A stretch of DNA of 64,000 nt from Thermoleophilia bacterium (GTDB taxonomy: Bacteria > Actinomycetota > Thermoleophilia > RBG-16-64-13): the NCBI GenBank assembly GCA_040768135.1, contig JAXGNF010000001.1, positions 16,257 to 80,256 on the forward strand, given 5' to 3'. Made by a program: the position numbers and the translations under genes. The notes under the pieces are model-generated. The model was not told where the DNA came from. It did not search any database and saw only the letters and a program-made list of their open reading frames with translations. Below, in pieces: positions 47,814 through 57,231 of this stretch; position 1 is the first letter of the stretch, and every line of letters begins with the position of its first letter.

Positions 47814-48533
47814 TCACCCTCCCAGATATGCTTTTTTGACGATCTCACTGCATCGCAGGGTCTCCACATCTCCGGCCTGCACTACTCGGCCTACCTCGAG
47901 CACGTAGCCGTGGTCGGCGACACCCAAAGCCAGGTGGGCGTTCTGCTCCACCAAGAGGACACTTATGCCCTCTTTGTTGATCTCGCGGATGACTTCGCCC
48001 ACCTGCTCCACTACGATGGGAGCCAATCCCACTGATGGCTCATCCAGACACAGGATCCGAGGGCGGGCCATCAGTCCTCGTCCGATGGCCACCATCTGTT
48101 GCTCTCCACCCGAGAGGGTGCCGGCGTTCTGCTTCTGGCGCTCTTTGAGACGGGGGAAGAGGGTGTACACGTATTCAAGAGATTGGGCGATTCCCGCTTT
48201 GTCGTTTCGGACAGTGGCCCCCAACTTGAGGTTGGTAAGCACGGAGAGATAAGGGAAGAGTTGACGGCCCTCGGGGACCAATACGATGCCCCTGCGCACG
48301 CGGGCGTAGGTCTCCAGGTGGTCGACGGATTCTCCTTGAAAACGGATCGTACCCGCCTGGATAGGGATCAGACCGGCCAGGGCCCTCAGCACCGTACTCT
48401 TGCCCGCGCCGTTGGCCCCGATCATAGTGACGATTCCGCCCTCGGGCACCTGCAAGGAGACCTCGCTGATCGCCAGCGACTTGCCGTAGTAAACGGTGAT
48501 GTTATCGATCTCAACAAACATAGTCGGTCCCAA
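47814..48533 (-). CDS. ABC transporter ATP-binding protein (LivF-like)
   Basis: Walker A GANGAGKST and LSGGEQQ. Confidence 0.85.
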   Translation of the reverse strand: MGPTMFVEIDNITVYYGKSLAISEVSLQVPEGGIVTMIGANGAGKSTVLRALAGLIPIQAGTIRFQGESVDHLETYARVRRGIVLVPEGRQLFPYLSVLTNLKLGATVRNDKAGIAQSLEYVYTLFPRLKERQKQNAGTLSGGEQQMVAIGRGLMARPRILCLDEPSVGLAPIVVEQVGEVIREINKEGISVLLVEQNAHLALGVADHGYVLEVGRVVQAGDVETLRCSEIVKKAYLGG

Positions 48534-49272
48534 AGTAAGCCGAGATGACCTCAGTATTGGCTCGTACCTCCTCCGGAGGGCCTTCTGTGATTTTCTTGCC
48601 GAAGCTGATCACTACCACCCGGTCGCAGAGGCTGAGAATCTGCATGTTGTGCTCTACGATAAGCACTGTGATGCCGTTGTCCCGCATGCCTCGGATGGCA
48701 TCCAAACTGTATTGGATCTCTCCGGGGTTCATCCCCGCCAGGGGCTCATCCAGGAGCAGCAGGCGGGGTTTGGTGGCCAGAGCCCGAGCGACACCCAGCA
48801 TCTTCTGGTGGCCGTGGGCTAGGTTCTTGGCCAGTTCGGCGGCCTCGTTCGACAGCCCTACCATCGCAAGTATCTCGCGCGCCCTTTCCAGTATGAAGGC
48901 CTCGTTGTGGCGGTACCTCCGGGTGTTGAAGAAGACATCAAAGAAACTAGAGTGTGGATGGAGCTCAAATGATGAGGTCACGTTCTCGAGCACAGTGAAC
49001 TCGTGAAACAAAGGGTTGAGCTGGAAGGTGCGGCCGATACCTAATCTCGCCACTTGGTCGGGCACCTTGCGTGTGATGTCATGACCATCGAACACAACCT
49101 TGCCCTGGGAGGCCGGAAGGACCCCTGTAATAAGGTTGAAGACTGTGCTTTTGCCGGCGCCATTTGGCCCGATGAGGCCTACGATCTCACCCTCAGCCAC
49201 CTGGAGGTCAAAATCGTTCACGGCGGTGAGGCCGCCGAAGTTCTTGGTGAGATGCTCAATCTCCAGAAGCAC
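48511..49272 (-). CDS. ABC transporter ATP-binding protein (LivG-like)
   Basis: N-terminus LLEIEHLTKNFGGLTAVNDFDLQV and Walker A GPNGAGKST. Confidence 0.85.
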   Translation of the reverse strand: MLLEIEHLTKNFGGLTAVNDFDLQVAEGEIVGLIGPNGAGKSTVFNLITGVLPASQGKVVFDGHDITRKVPDQVARLGIGRTFQLNPLFHEFTVLENVTSSFELHPHSSFFDVFFNTRRYRHNEAFILERAREILAMVGLSNEAAELAKNLAHGHQKMLGVARALATKPRLLLLDEPLAGMNPGEIQYSLDAIRGMRDNGITVLIVEHNMQILSLCDRVVVISFGKKITEGPPEEVRANTEVISAYFGTDYVC

Positions 49273-50293
49273 CGGGACTCACCCCTCTCCTACTCAGACC
49301 CGCAATGGCCCGATCTCGGATGAGCTTCACCAAACCCACTATGCCCTCAGGCATGGTGAACGCGATTATCAGCAATATGGCGGCAGTGACATACGGGAGG
49401 TCACCCTTCAAATCCCGGAAGAAGAACTCCGGGATGACGAAAAGAATCCCAACACCCACAGTGGGTCCCCAGAATCCGTTGATCCCTCCCACAAGGACGT
49501 ACATGATTATCCAGAGAGTCGCGCCCAGGCCGTAACTACTCGGAGACGCGACTCCTTGGTAGTGGCAGTAGACGGCGCCCATGAGCCCCGCGAAGAAGCT
49601 CCCGAACGCTACCGCCAGGATGCGGTTGCGTCTTTCTCCGATACCGACACTGGCGGCCACCTCGTGTGATTGTGCCACCGCCTTCATTCTGACGCCTATC
49701 CTACTGAACTCGAACCTGTGCATGCAGATCATGCTGATGATTGTCAGGCCGAGAGCCAGGTAGTAGTAGTACTTGCGATCGCTGAACAGCGGTTCTACTC
49801 CACCAAGCCCTGTACTCATGCCGGTTGTCTTCCCGCCCGCCGTAATAAGATTGATGACCACATAGCCCAGGAAAAGTGTCCCCATCGCATAGTAGATCGT
49901 CCGCAAACGTGCGAATGGGAAAGCCAACGCGGCACCCAGAACCGTTGCGGCAACGGCACCCAGTGGGATGGTCACCCACGGCGACCAATGTAGCCAAACA
50001 GAGGGTATCGCAGCTGTGTAGGCGCCAATACCCATGAAGGCGCCAATGGCTATGTTGAATTGCCCCGATATCGAAACTACCCGCCACGAGCTTGAGATGG
50101 TGACGTAAACGAACGTGAGGATCAAGACGTGCATGTAGTACGAACCAGATATGCCCAACGGGAGCAGTGCGAGCACGATGACCAAGGCTCCCAATACGCT
50201 CAGGCCTGGCCAGTTGCGGGACTTCGCCCGGGGTGTCTCTTCGGCCGTCACGTGTGCCTCGGACGCCGGCCGGGTTTTGATAACCTCATTCAT
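49256..50293 (-). CDS. Branched-chain amino acid ABC transporter permease (LivM-like)
   Basis: Polytopic permease with a LivM-like pattern. Confidence 0.8.
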   Translation of the reverse strand: MNEVIKTRPASEAHVTAEETPRAKSRNWPGLSVLGALVIVLALLPLGISGSYYMHVLILTFVYVTISSSWRVVSISGQFNIAIGAFMGIGAYTAAIPSVWLHWSPWVTIPLGAVAATVLGAALAFPFARLRTIYYAMGTLFLGYVVINLITAGGKTTGMSTGLGGVEPLFSDRKYYYYLALGLTIISMICMHRFEFSRIGVRMKAVAQSHEVAASVGIGERRNRILAVAFGSFFAGLMGAVYCHYQGVASPSSYGLGATLWIIMYVLVGGINGFWGPTVGVGILFVIPEFFFRDLKGDLPYVTAAILLIIAFTMPEGIVGLVKLIRDRAIAGLSRRGVSPGASGD

Positions 50294-51152
50294 GGCCGAA
50301 GAACCCCTGGGGCCGGATAATCAGTAGAGCGAGGACCATGATCGAGGCCAAAGCGTCGACTACCGCTCCATTGAGGACGACCGGTAGTGCCCCATAGAGC
50401 ACGCCCAGCAGACCTCCCACATAGAAGATGCCGTTGAAACTACCCAGTCCTGCCAGAATCACCAACATCAACACCTTGATGAGCGTAACGTCGCCAACGA
50501 ACGGTGTCAGGTTATACAGCGTGCCCATGAACACCCCGCCAATAGCGGCCAGCCCAAAACCGACGGCAACGGCGACGGCCGCGATCTGGCCGAAGCGTAT
50601 GCCCTGCAGGGCCGCGCCCTCCCTATTCTGAGTGACCGCCTGCATCCTGGCTCCCCATCGGGAGCGGTCGACGAACAAAATGATCGCGATGAGAATTACT
50701 ATGCCTATACAGAAGGCCAGGATTCGGTCGGTCTCGACTTTGTAGGGACCGATACCGGTTGTCCCCGGGATAAAGGGTGGTATGGAGAGCGCTCGGGTGC
50801 CCATGAATCGGTTGAAGGTGGTCACCAAGATGGTCGAGAGGGCGATACAGATCATGATGGTGCGATTGAAATCGGCCTTCATAGGTCTGAACAGGAACCT
50901 TTCCACGAGGACTCCGAACGCAGCGGCTGCTAGGACGGTCAGGGGAAAGGCTACGAAACCAGGTAGGCCGAGCTTGACCACCATTAGGTAGCAGCCATAA
51001 GCGGCTGATACGAAAATGGCGCCGTGGGCCAGGTTGAATATGCCCAGCAAGTTGAGGATGAACGCGAATCCCATGCCCATGAGGATGTAGACCACCCCTA
51101 GCAGGACCACGTTGATCACTGTCTGAACTGCAGTTTCCACACTTCCAACCAA
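50286..51152 (-). CDS. Branched-chain amino acid ABC transporter permease (LivH-like)
   Basis: Starts MVGSVETAVQTVINVVLLGVVYIL.... Confidence 0.85.
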   Translation of the reverse strand: MVGSVETAVQTVINVVLLGVVYILMGMGFAFILNLLGIFNLAHGAIFVSAAYGCYLMVVKLGLPGFVAFPLTVLAAAAFGVLVERFLFRPMKADFNRTIMICIALSTILVTTFNRFMGTRALSIPPFIPGTTGIGPYKVETDRILAFCIGIVILIAIILFVDRSRWGARMQAVTQNREGAALQGIRFGQIAAVAVAVGFGLAAIGGVFMGTLYNLTPFVGDVTLIKVLMLVILAGLGSFNGIFYVGGLLGVLYGALPVVLNGAVVDALASIMVLALLIIRPQGFFGHE

Positions 51153-51271
51153 TCAGCTCGATTGTTATTTAATTGAGAGCAAGGAGCCGGCCGGCGTGGT
51201 GCGGGAGCATCCTGCCCCCCCCAGCCGGCTCCTTATGCGTTGTCAAGCGGCCATCGATCGATTGCTCGCGA

Positions 51272-52567
51272 TCACGGGGTTACATCTGGAACGATCCAGG
51301 GCTTGTACTCAACCTGTCCGTCGTTGACTAGGGCGACTGGGATCGGATGACCCCACGCATGGTTTGTCAGGCCGAACAGCTCACTGCCACTTGGGAACCC
51401 TTCGCCATAGAGCGTCGGGATGCTGGTCATCGTCTCCCAATGGTCTCTGACTTCGGTCGGATCTAGACTGTCGGCAGCCTGGATGGCGTGCACCAGAATG
51501 TAGAAGGCATTCGAAGCCAGGCCGAACACGTGTCGGTTGACGTCGCCCATCTCCAGCAGCCTCTTCATCGTGGCAGGCATGTGCGGGTCAGTGACCTGCT
51601 TACTGAGCACTCCAACGATGCCGGTAGCTGAATCACCGAGAGCCCCTGTCAGCGAGGGAGCGTCAATCGGGAAGCTGAGGGGGCCTTCGTACCCCAGTGT
51701 TCGTAGGCCCTTGGTAATGCCGAAATACGAGGGGTCGATGGCAACAGGCATCCAGACGGCATCCGGGTTCTGGGCCTTGATTTTGGAGGCCACCGGGTTG
51801 TAGTCCTCAGCATTGGTGGCGAATAGAACCGGGGGGCCGGAGAGGGTGAGGCCAAGCCTGTCGATGAGGGCCTTGAAATGTGGCTCGAAGGCCGGGTAGG
51901 TTGCATCCTCGGTCGCCAAGCAGATAGTCTTGACATCCGGGTAGTAGAGCATAAGGGACTTCAGTTCGGCATTGCCCTGCGTGATAGGGTCGAGACCCAG
52001 GAACGCGTATCTCGTGTCTTTATTCATTTCGGCAGGGTTGAGGCCGTTGTAGTTCGCTACGTGAAGGACTTTGTTCTGCTCGAAAATCGGAGTAGTGGCT
52101 AGGTTGAAGAAGGCCCCAGGGCCGACGACAAACGAGAGCTTCTCGTCCAATACGAGTTTAGTGGCGGCTGCGGTGTTGCCATCGAGAGAGCTCTTGCCAT
52201 CCTCTATGACCAGTTCGATTTTGTAGTTCTTGCCTTGGACCTTGATGCCGCCATCATCGTTGATCATCTGCACTGTGTACTCGAGATCGACTTTGTCGGC
52301 TGCATCTACGACCGAGTACCAATCGGACAACGACAGAATCGCACCTATTTTGAGCGTTTCTGTTGGAGCCGGACCCTCGGTGGTGGCCGGACCCTCGGTG
52401 GTGGCCGGTCCGGCAGTTGGAGCCGGACCCTCGGTGGTGGCCGGACCCTCGGTGGCCGGAGGGGCAGTAGTAGTGGTCTCCTTCTCAGCGCATGCTGCCA
52501 GCAACGGCAGCAGGCCGAGCGCCAGCACCAGCAGCGCGAGACCAATGATCGTCTTGGTTTTTCTCAT
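51272..52567 (-). CDS. Liv-type ABC transporter substrate-binding lipoprotein with a TEGPA-repeat linker
   Basis: Start MRKTKTIIGLALLVLALGLLPLLAAC (ATG at 52567, GGGAGA RBS) followed by a (PATTEGPA)n linker. Confidence 0.8.
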   Translation of the reverse strand: MRKTKTIIGLALLVLALGLLPLLAACAEKETTTTAPPATEGPATTEGPAPTAGPATTEGPATTEGPAPTETLKIGAILSLSDWYSVVDAADKVDLEYTVQMINDDGGIKVQGKNYKIELVIEDGKSSLDGNTAAATKLVLDEKLSFVVGPGAFFNLATTPIFEQNKVLHVANYNGLNPAEMNKDTRYAFLGLDPITQGNAELKSLMLYYPDVKTICLATEDATYPAFEPHFKALIDRLGLTLSGPPVLFATNAEDYNPVASKIKAQNPDAVWMPVAIDPSYFGITKGLRTLGYEGPLSFPIDAPSLTGALGDSATGIVGVLSKQVTDPHMPATMKRLLEMGDVNRHVFGLASNAFYILVHAIQAADSLDPTEVRDHWETMTSIPTLYGEGFPSGSELFGLTNHAWGHPIPVALVNDGQVEYKPWIVPDVTP

Positions 52568-52764
52568 CTCTCTCCCTTTCTTTGAAAAACTCTCGTGGTG
52601 AATTTCGGCCGTCACAACGTTGCTGATCATAACGTCCACTTTCCCCGCTCCCTGATACCCCCTTTCACCTGTCCATACGGGGTGACTTGTCCGGTTCCCC
52701 TGTCTATTGTGCGAGGTCCATATCTATGTGCGAACATCCACATGCCGGGCAAGAGCATCTCGTC

Positions 52765-54225
52765 CTAATCCGGTAGGCCCTTCAACCGCCCCCGACTGAT
52801 ACCCCAGAAGTCTTCGATGGAGGCGTAGTAATCGAGCGTACGCCCCTCGGCCTTCTCCCTTTCGGCCACCTTCTGCCGATGGAAGTCCTTGATCTCTTCA
52901 GGAATGGGCAGGTTCCCGAAATCGAGGTAGCGGCAGGCTCCTGTGTTGTCGCGGATGCCGAGCACTTTGTCCTGAGCATGGATATTGATCGACATGGGCG
53001 AGTCGAGTACGCCTGCTTCCACCGCCTTGACGGTGCCGACGGCGAGATCCCCATCGCCGAGCTCCAAGACTCTGTCAAGGATGGCGTTCACTTCGGCTGT
53101 GGTCACCGCCTCTTCCTCGTCGATGATGGCGTTGTCGATGTCGAGCTGCTGCCCTTCCATCACCCCGAGGATCCACTTGGCCGCCAGATAGCTCTGGCGG
53201 TGAGAGTCCTGCGTGGGTACGCCCGCGGCCTCATCCACAGTCTTGACTGAGACGGCGTCACAGCCTCCAAGGGCAGCCGTTACCGCCGTATAACCGATGT
53301 AACCGAAAGCGCTCCCCATCTCTTGCGGGAAGGGGAACAGGGGGGACTGGCTTCCAAAGACGCCGGGGATGATGACGTCGGTGTGGCCGAACTTATCGAG
53401 GTACTCCCGCATCAGCTTGGGCAGCGTGCGCATATCGGCAAGGTCTTGGAATAGGTTCCCCTGCATGTTCACCTGCGGGAAGACGCTTTTCACCCCTTGT
53501 GTGGCCGAAACCAGCGCTTCGATGATCTGAGTGGCCATGTTGACGCTCATGGGGATTACGAAGTTGGGCAACCAACCGTGGCAATCGGTGGTGATGATGA
53601 CTCCGTGGTCGGCGTAGTAGCCGATAAGCCGCCCCGTGTACTGGGCCGTCTCAATGCACTCTTCGACGGTGGCCTTCTTGTCGTAGCCCGCGATCCATCC
53701 GAAGAAACTGTTGGGGAACGCGTTCATGCCTGAGGCGAAGGCGATCTCGGCTACCATGCTCTGCCCGATACGGGAGGAGCGTGGGTCGAGGGCTCCGTCG
53801 CACGCTTCGACCACTCTTCGGTTGGTCTTGACCCCATGATTGATGATCGGGTAACCATTGAGAGCAGGTTTGCCGGTCCTGATGCTCTCCTGGAGGCCCT
53901 TCTCGACCTTGTCCAGCTGTAGGTTGCGGGTGTAGCTATCGGTTGTGAACGGGAGCAAATGGATGTCGAGCTCGTTCAAAGAGCGGATGAGCGCGATCTC
54001 GTCCTCGACCAGAGGAGTGCCCTGCCGGGGGAAGAGCGAGATACGGCCCTCGTCATGGTACTTCTGCAGGATCTTGTGGAAACGTTTGCTGTCGGGCAGA
54101 GCCTTCTGATACGCGACGGCCTCTTCGAGGTCCACCTCTTTGCCGGTCGGCCAGACGGCAAGCACTTCTTTGCGCTTCTCCATGAACACATCTTCGTCGA
54201 TGCGTTGCTGCTTGACCTTGATCAA
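52765..54225 (-). CDS. glmE: Glutamate mutase epsilon subunit (methylaspartate mutase E chain)
   Basis: EVLAVWPTGKEVDLEEAV... and a C-terminal FGNLPIPEEIKDFHRQKVAEREKAEGR... closely parallel clostridial GlmE (recalled from memory); 486 aa. Confidence 0.7.
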   Translation of the reverse strand: MIKVKQQRIDEDVFMEKRKEVLAVWPTGKEVDLEEAVAYQKALPDSKRFHKILQKYHDEGRISLFPRQGTPLVEDEIALIRSLNELDIHLLPFTTDSYTRNLQLDKVEKGLQESIRTGKPALNGYPIINHGVKTNRRVVEACDGALDPRSSRIGQSMVAEIAFASGMNAFPNSFFGWIAGYDKKATVEECIETAQYTGRLIGYYADHGVIITTDCHGWLPNFVIPMSVNMATQIIEALVSATQGVKSVFPQVNMQGNLFQDLADMRTLPKLMREYLDKFGHTDVIIPGVFGSQSPLFPFPQEMGSAFGYIGYTAVTAALGGCDAVSVKTVDEAAGVPTQDSHRQSYLAAKWILGVMEGQQLDIDNAIIDEEEAVTTAEVNAILDRVLELGDGDLAVGTVKAVEAGVLDSPMSINIHAQDKVLGIRDNTGACRYLDFGNLPIPEEIKDFHRQKVAEREKAEGRTLDYYASIEDFWGISRGRLKGLPD

Positions 54226-54379
54226 CGTTCTTCCTCCAGTCTTACGCCGGCCTATCTGCCCGCCGTCTGGGCCATGTTGTTATTAGTCTCGGCGCTGCCG
54301 TCTTCGGCCTTCGCGCTCTACCATATTTGTGTGTCGTACTCTGCTGGCGTGTGCCACTCTCGCTTGCCCTGGACCATTT

Positions 54380-56272
54380 TCAGTCGTAGATGTAGAGTTC
54401 TTCGACCCGTTCGGGGGTCGGTATTCCTTCGTGATCCCAGCCCATCAACGTGTAGTAGTACCTCTTGGCTTTCTCCATCTTGTCTCGATCGAGTCCGGCA
54501 ACGAACGGCCCGTCGGTCTTGTCTTCGTAGAATCGGGGAGGGAGCCGGTCGTCATCGGCGGTCAGACCCTGTTTGAGGTTAAACAGCCGGGCGGCGGTCA
54601 GGATGCGTTCGGCGGTACGGATAAGCTCGGCCGAACCAACGTCCCAGCCGGCGACTGCGTTCAATATCTCGGCAGGTTGCTTATAGGTGACACCCACATA
54701 CGCCAGGTGACAGGTGAGTAGCACGTCGTTTAGAAACTCTCGGATATGACCTACCTTGAACAAGGCGACCTTACGGGGGCCGATGTCGAGGGCCGGAACC
54801 GTGTCGTAGAAGCCGAGTTGGTGGAAGTCCTTGATACCATGCTCGGCGGCTAGGATGTCGTCGTGGACATTCGCGCAGTGGTCGGCTCCATTGGGGTTGA
54901 CCATGAATCCGAGGGCGAACGCAGGGTTGAGACGCGGCTCGTGCATGCCCGGATGGACGCCTTTGACCTCGATGGAGATTCTGTCGGATCCGCGGCCGAT
55001 CTTCTTGGCTGCCTCGGCTGAACCAAGGGATAGGAGGGCGCCGACACCTTCTCGTCGTCCGATGAGTTCCACGCATTTGACGAGGGCTGCTCCATTGCCG
55101 AAGCGGAGTTCTAGGCCCTCCGTGTCCTCGAGGGTAAGAAGGCCCTTTTCAAAACACTCCATGGCGAACGAGATAGTGTTGCCGGTCGAAATCACGTCGA
55201 GAGAATAGGCATTACACATCTCGTTGGCTTTGACCATAGCCTCCGGGTCGTCTACCTCTACGTTGGTCCCCAATGCGCACATCGCCTCGTACTCGGGGCC
55301 CCCATAATCGGGGTCGACGAAGAAAGGAGCGCCGGATTGCAGCCGTTTCTTGCAACGTAGCGGACATCCGAAGCAGCCCTCCTGAGGAAGGCCCATCCTC
55401 TCCTTGAGGGCCCCGCCGTGGACGTTCTTGACCCCGTCGGCGAACGGAGCCCCTCTCCAGTTGTGCACGGGCAGGTGCCCGACGGCTTCCATGCCCTCCA
55501 TCTCGGGCCCCCCGGTGCCGAACTCAGGGAGGACCTGCTGTATCCAAAAATGACTCCAGTGTTCTTTGGTCAGCCAGTTGTTGAAGGCTCTGACGGCTTC
55601 CCGGTCGAACACACGGGCCCGGCCGGTGCCACGCACGCCGACGGCTTTGAGATTCTTTGATCCCATGACTGCGCCTAGGCCGCCCCGCCCCGCAGCATCG
55701 AAGGGCCCATGCATGATGCAGGCGAAGGGCACGAGGTTTTCTCCGCCCGGCCCGATCATGGCCACGCGTACCCGGGGGTCGCTCAGTTCTTCACGTATGG
55801 CCGCTTGGGTGTCCTTCGTAAGTAGGCCCCACAAAGCGGCTGCGTCGCGGATGGTGACATCGCCGTCCTTGATAGAGAGATATACGGGTCTCTCCGCCCT
55901 GCCTTCCACGATGAGAACGTCGTAGCCGGCCTTTTTGAGCTCCACTCCCCAGTGTTCACCGGCCTGGCAGAGGGCGATTCCGCCGCTTAATGGTGACTTG
56001 GCGCCCACCCCATGACGTCCGGTGGCGTAGACTGCCGTCCCGGTGACCGGGCTGAGTGCGAACACCAGTTTGTTTTCAGGACCCAGTGCGTCCGCCCCGG
56101 CCGGCACCTCGGTGAGCAGTATTTGGGTGATCAGCCCCGAGCCGCCCAGCCATTTGCGGTAGTAGCGCTCGTCTCTTTCTTCAGTGGTAATCGAGCCGGT
56201 GGTTAGATCCACCCGCAGGATCCTACAGGTCATGCCGCCCCAGGGCTGTTCGCCTGCTTTGTTGTCACTCAT
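54380..56272 (-). CDS. Aldehyde:ferredoxin oxidoreductase family tungsten enzyme (AOR paralog 3)
   Basis: 630 aa with ...CRILRVDLTTGSITTEE... and the conserved AOR core. Confidence 0.85.
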   Translation of the reverse strand: MSDNKAGEQPWGGMTCRILRVDLTTGSITTEERDERYYRKWLGGSGLITQILLTEVPAGADALGPENKLVFALSPVTGTAVYATGRHGVGAKSPLSGGIALCQAGEHWGVELKKAGYDVLIVEGRAERPVYLSIKDGDVTIRDAAALWGLLTKDTQAAIREELSDPRVRVAMIGPGGENLVPFACIMHGPFDAAGRGGLGAVMGSKNLKAVGVRGTGRARVFDREAVRAFNNWLTKEHWSHFWIQQVLPEFGTGGPEMEGMEAVGHLPVHNWRGAPFADGVKNVHGGALKERMGLPQEGCFGCPLRCKKRLQSGAPFFVDPDYGGPEYEAMCALGTNVEVDDPEAMVKANEMCNAYSLDVISTGNTISFAMECFEKGLLTLEDTEGLELRFGNGAALVKCVELIGRREGVGALLSLGSAEAAKKIGRGSDRISIEVKGVHPGMHEPRLNPAFALGFMVNPNGADHCANVHDDILAAEHGIKDFHQLGFYDTVPALDIGPRKVALFKVGHIREFLNDVLLTCHLAYVGVTYKQPAEILNAVAGWDVGSAELIRTAERILTAARLFNLKQGLTADDDRLPPRFYEDKTDGPFVAGLDRDKMEKAKRYYYTLMGWDHEGIPTPERVEELYIYD

Positions 56273-56371
56273 GCCGCCGCACCCTTCGCGTATGTCTATC
56301 TTTCACAATGTGTACCCCGACCTGTTTTGGGATGTCCGCGCCCACGAAAGCTCATTTGTCATATCCGACGG

Positions 56372-57163
56372 CTAGCGTTGTACAGGCAGCGGGAGGCCGC
56401 CGGTGACCGGCAGCACTATTCCGGTGACATAAGACGACATCTCCGAAGCCAGGAAGAGGGCCGGACCGGCCATCTCTTCGGGCCGTCCCATGCGTCCCAG
56501 GGGCGCGTTGCCACCAACCATGGTGAAGAAGGCCTCCGCCTCCTCGTCGGTCTTGTCCTCCACGATCTCGCCAAAGAATGGCGTGCGGAAGGGCCCCGGC
56601 ATGATCGCGTTGACGTAGATGTTGTCTTTGGCCAGTTCGGCGGCCATGTCATACGTCAAACCGAGCACACCGGCCTTGGCTGCGTGGTAGTGCGGATGCG
56701 GCGAAGGAGGGCTGATCGCGCCGAGCGATGACATGTTGACGATCTTGCCGTAACCGTTGGCCTTCATGTAGGGCACCGCCTCCCGGCTGCATAGAAAGAC
56801 CCCTTTGAGATTCAGGTCGATGACCCGGTTCCAAGCATCCTCGTCGAGGGCAGTGAGGTTGGTTGGTTTGCCGTGAGCGCCGACAACCGCACCGGCGTTG
56901 TTCACCAAGATGTCGAGCTTGCCGAAGGCGGCGACCGTAGTCTCCACCATCTCTTTTGCCTGAACCCCGTCGGTGACGTCACACCTGACGGCCAGACCTT
57001 CGCCGCCGCCCGCTCGAATGGCTTCCACCGTCGCTTCCGCCTCCGCCATGTCGATGTCGGCCACAGTGACCTTGGCCCCCTCAATGGCGAATCGTTCTGC
57101 GATAGCCCGACCCATCCCTTTGGCCCCGCCCGTGACGATGGCCACCCGGTCTTTCAGAAGCAT
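56372..57163 (-). CDS. SDR family oxidoreductase
   Basis: MLLKDRVAIVTGGAKGMGRAIAERF. The ATG at 57163 has an AGGAGA RBS; the 127-codon upstream extension of the ORF is rejected. Confidence 0.8.
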   Translation of the reverse strand: MLLKDRVAIVTGGAKGMGRAIAERFAIEGAKVTVADIDMAEAEATVEAIRAGGGEGLAVRCDVTDGVQAKEMVETTVAAFGKLDILVNNAGAVVGAHGKPTNLTALDEDAWNRVIDLNLKGVFLCSREAVPYMKANGYGKIVNMSSLGAISPPSPHPHYHAAKAGVLGLTYDMAAELAKDNIYVNAIMPGPFRTPFFGEIVEDKTDEEAEAFFTMVGGNAPLGRMGRPEEMAGPALFLASEMSSYVTGIVLPVTGGLPLPVQR

Positions 57164-57231
57164 CCCATTCTCCTTCTCTCTGGCGGACATGTGGTGATCG
57201 GCAGCATTCCTTTGCGTGCGCTCACTTCTTG

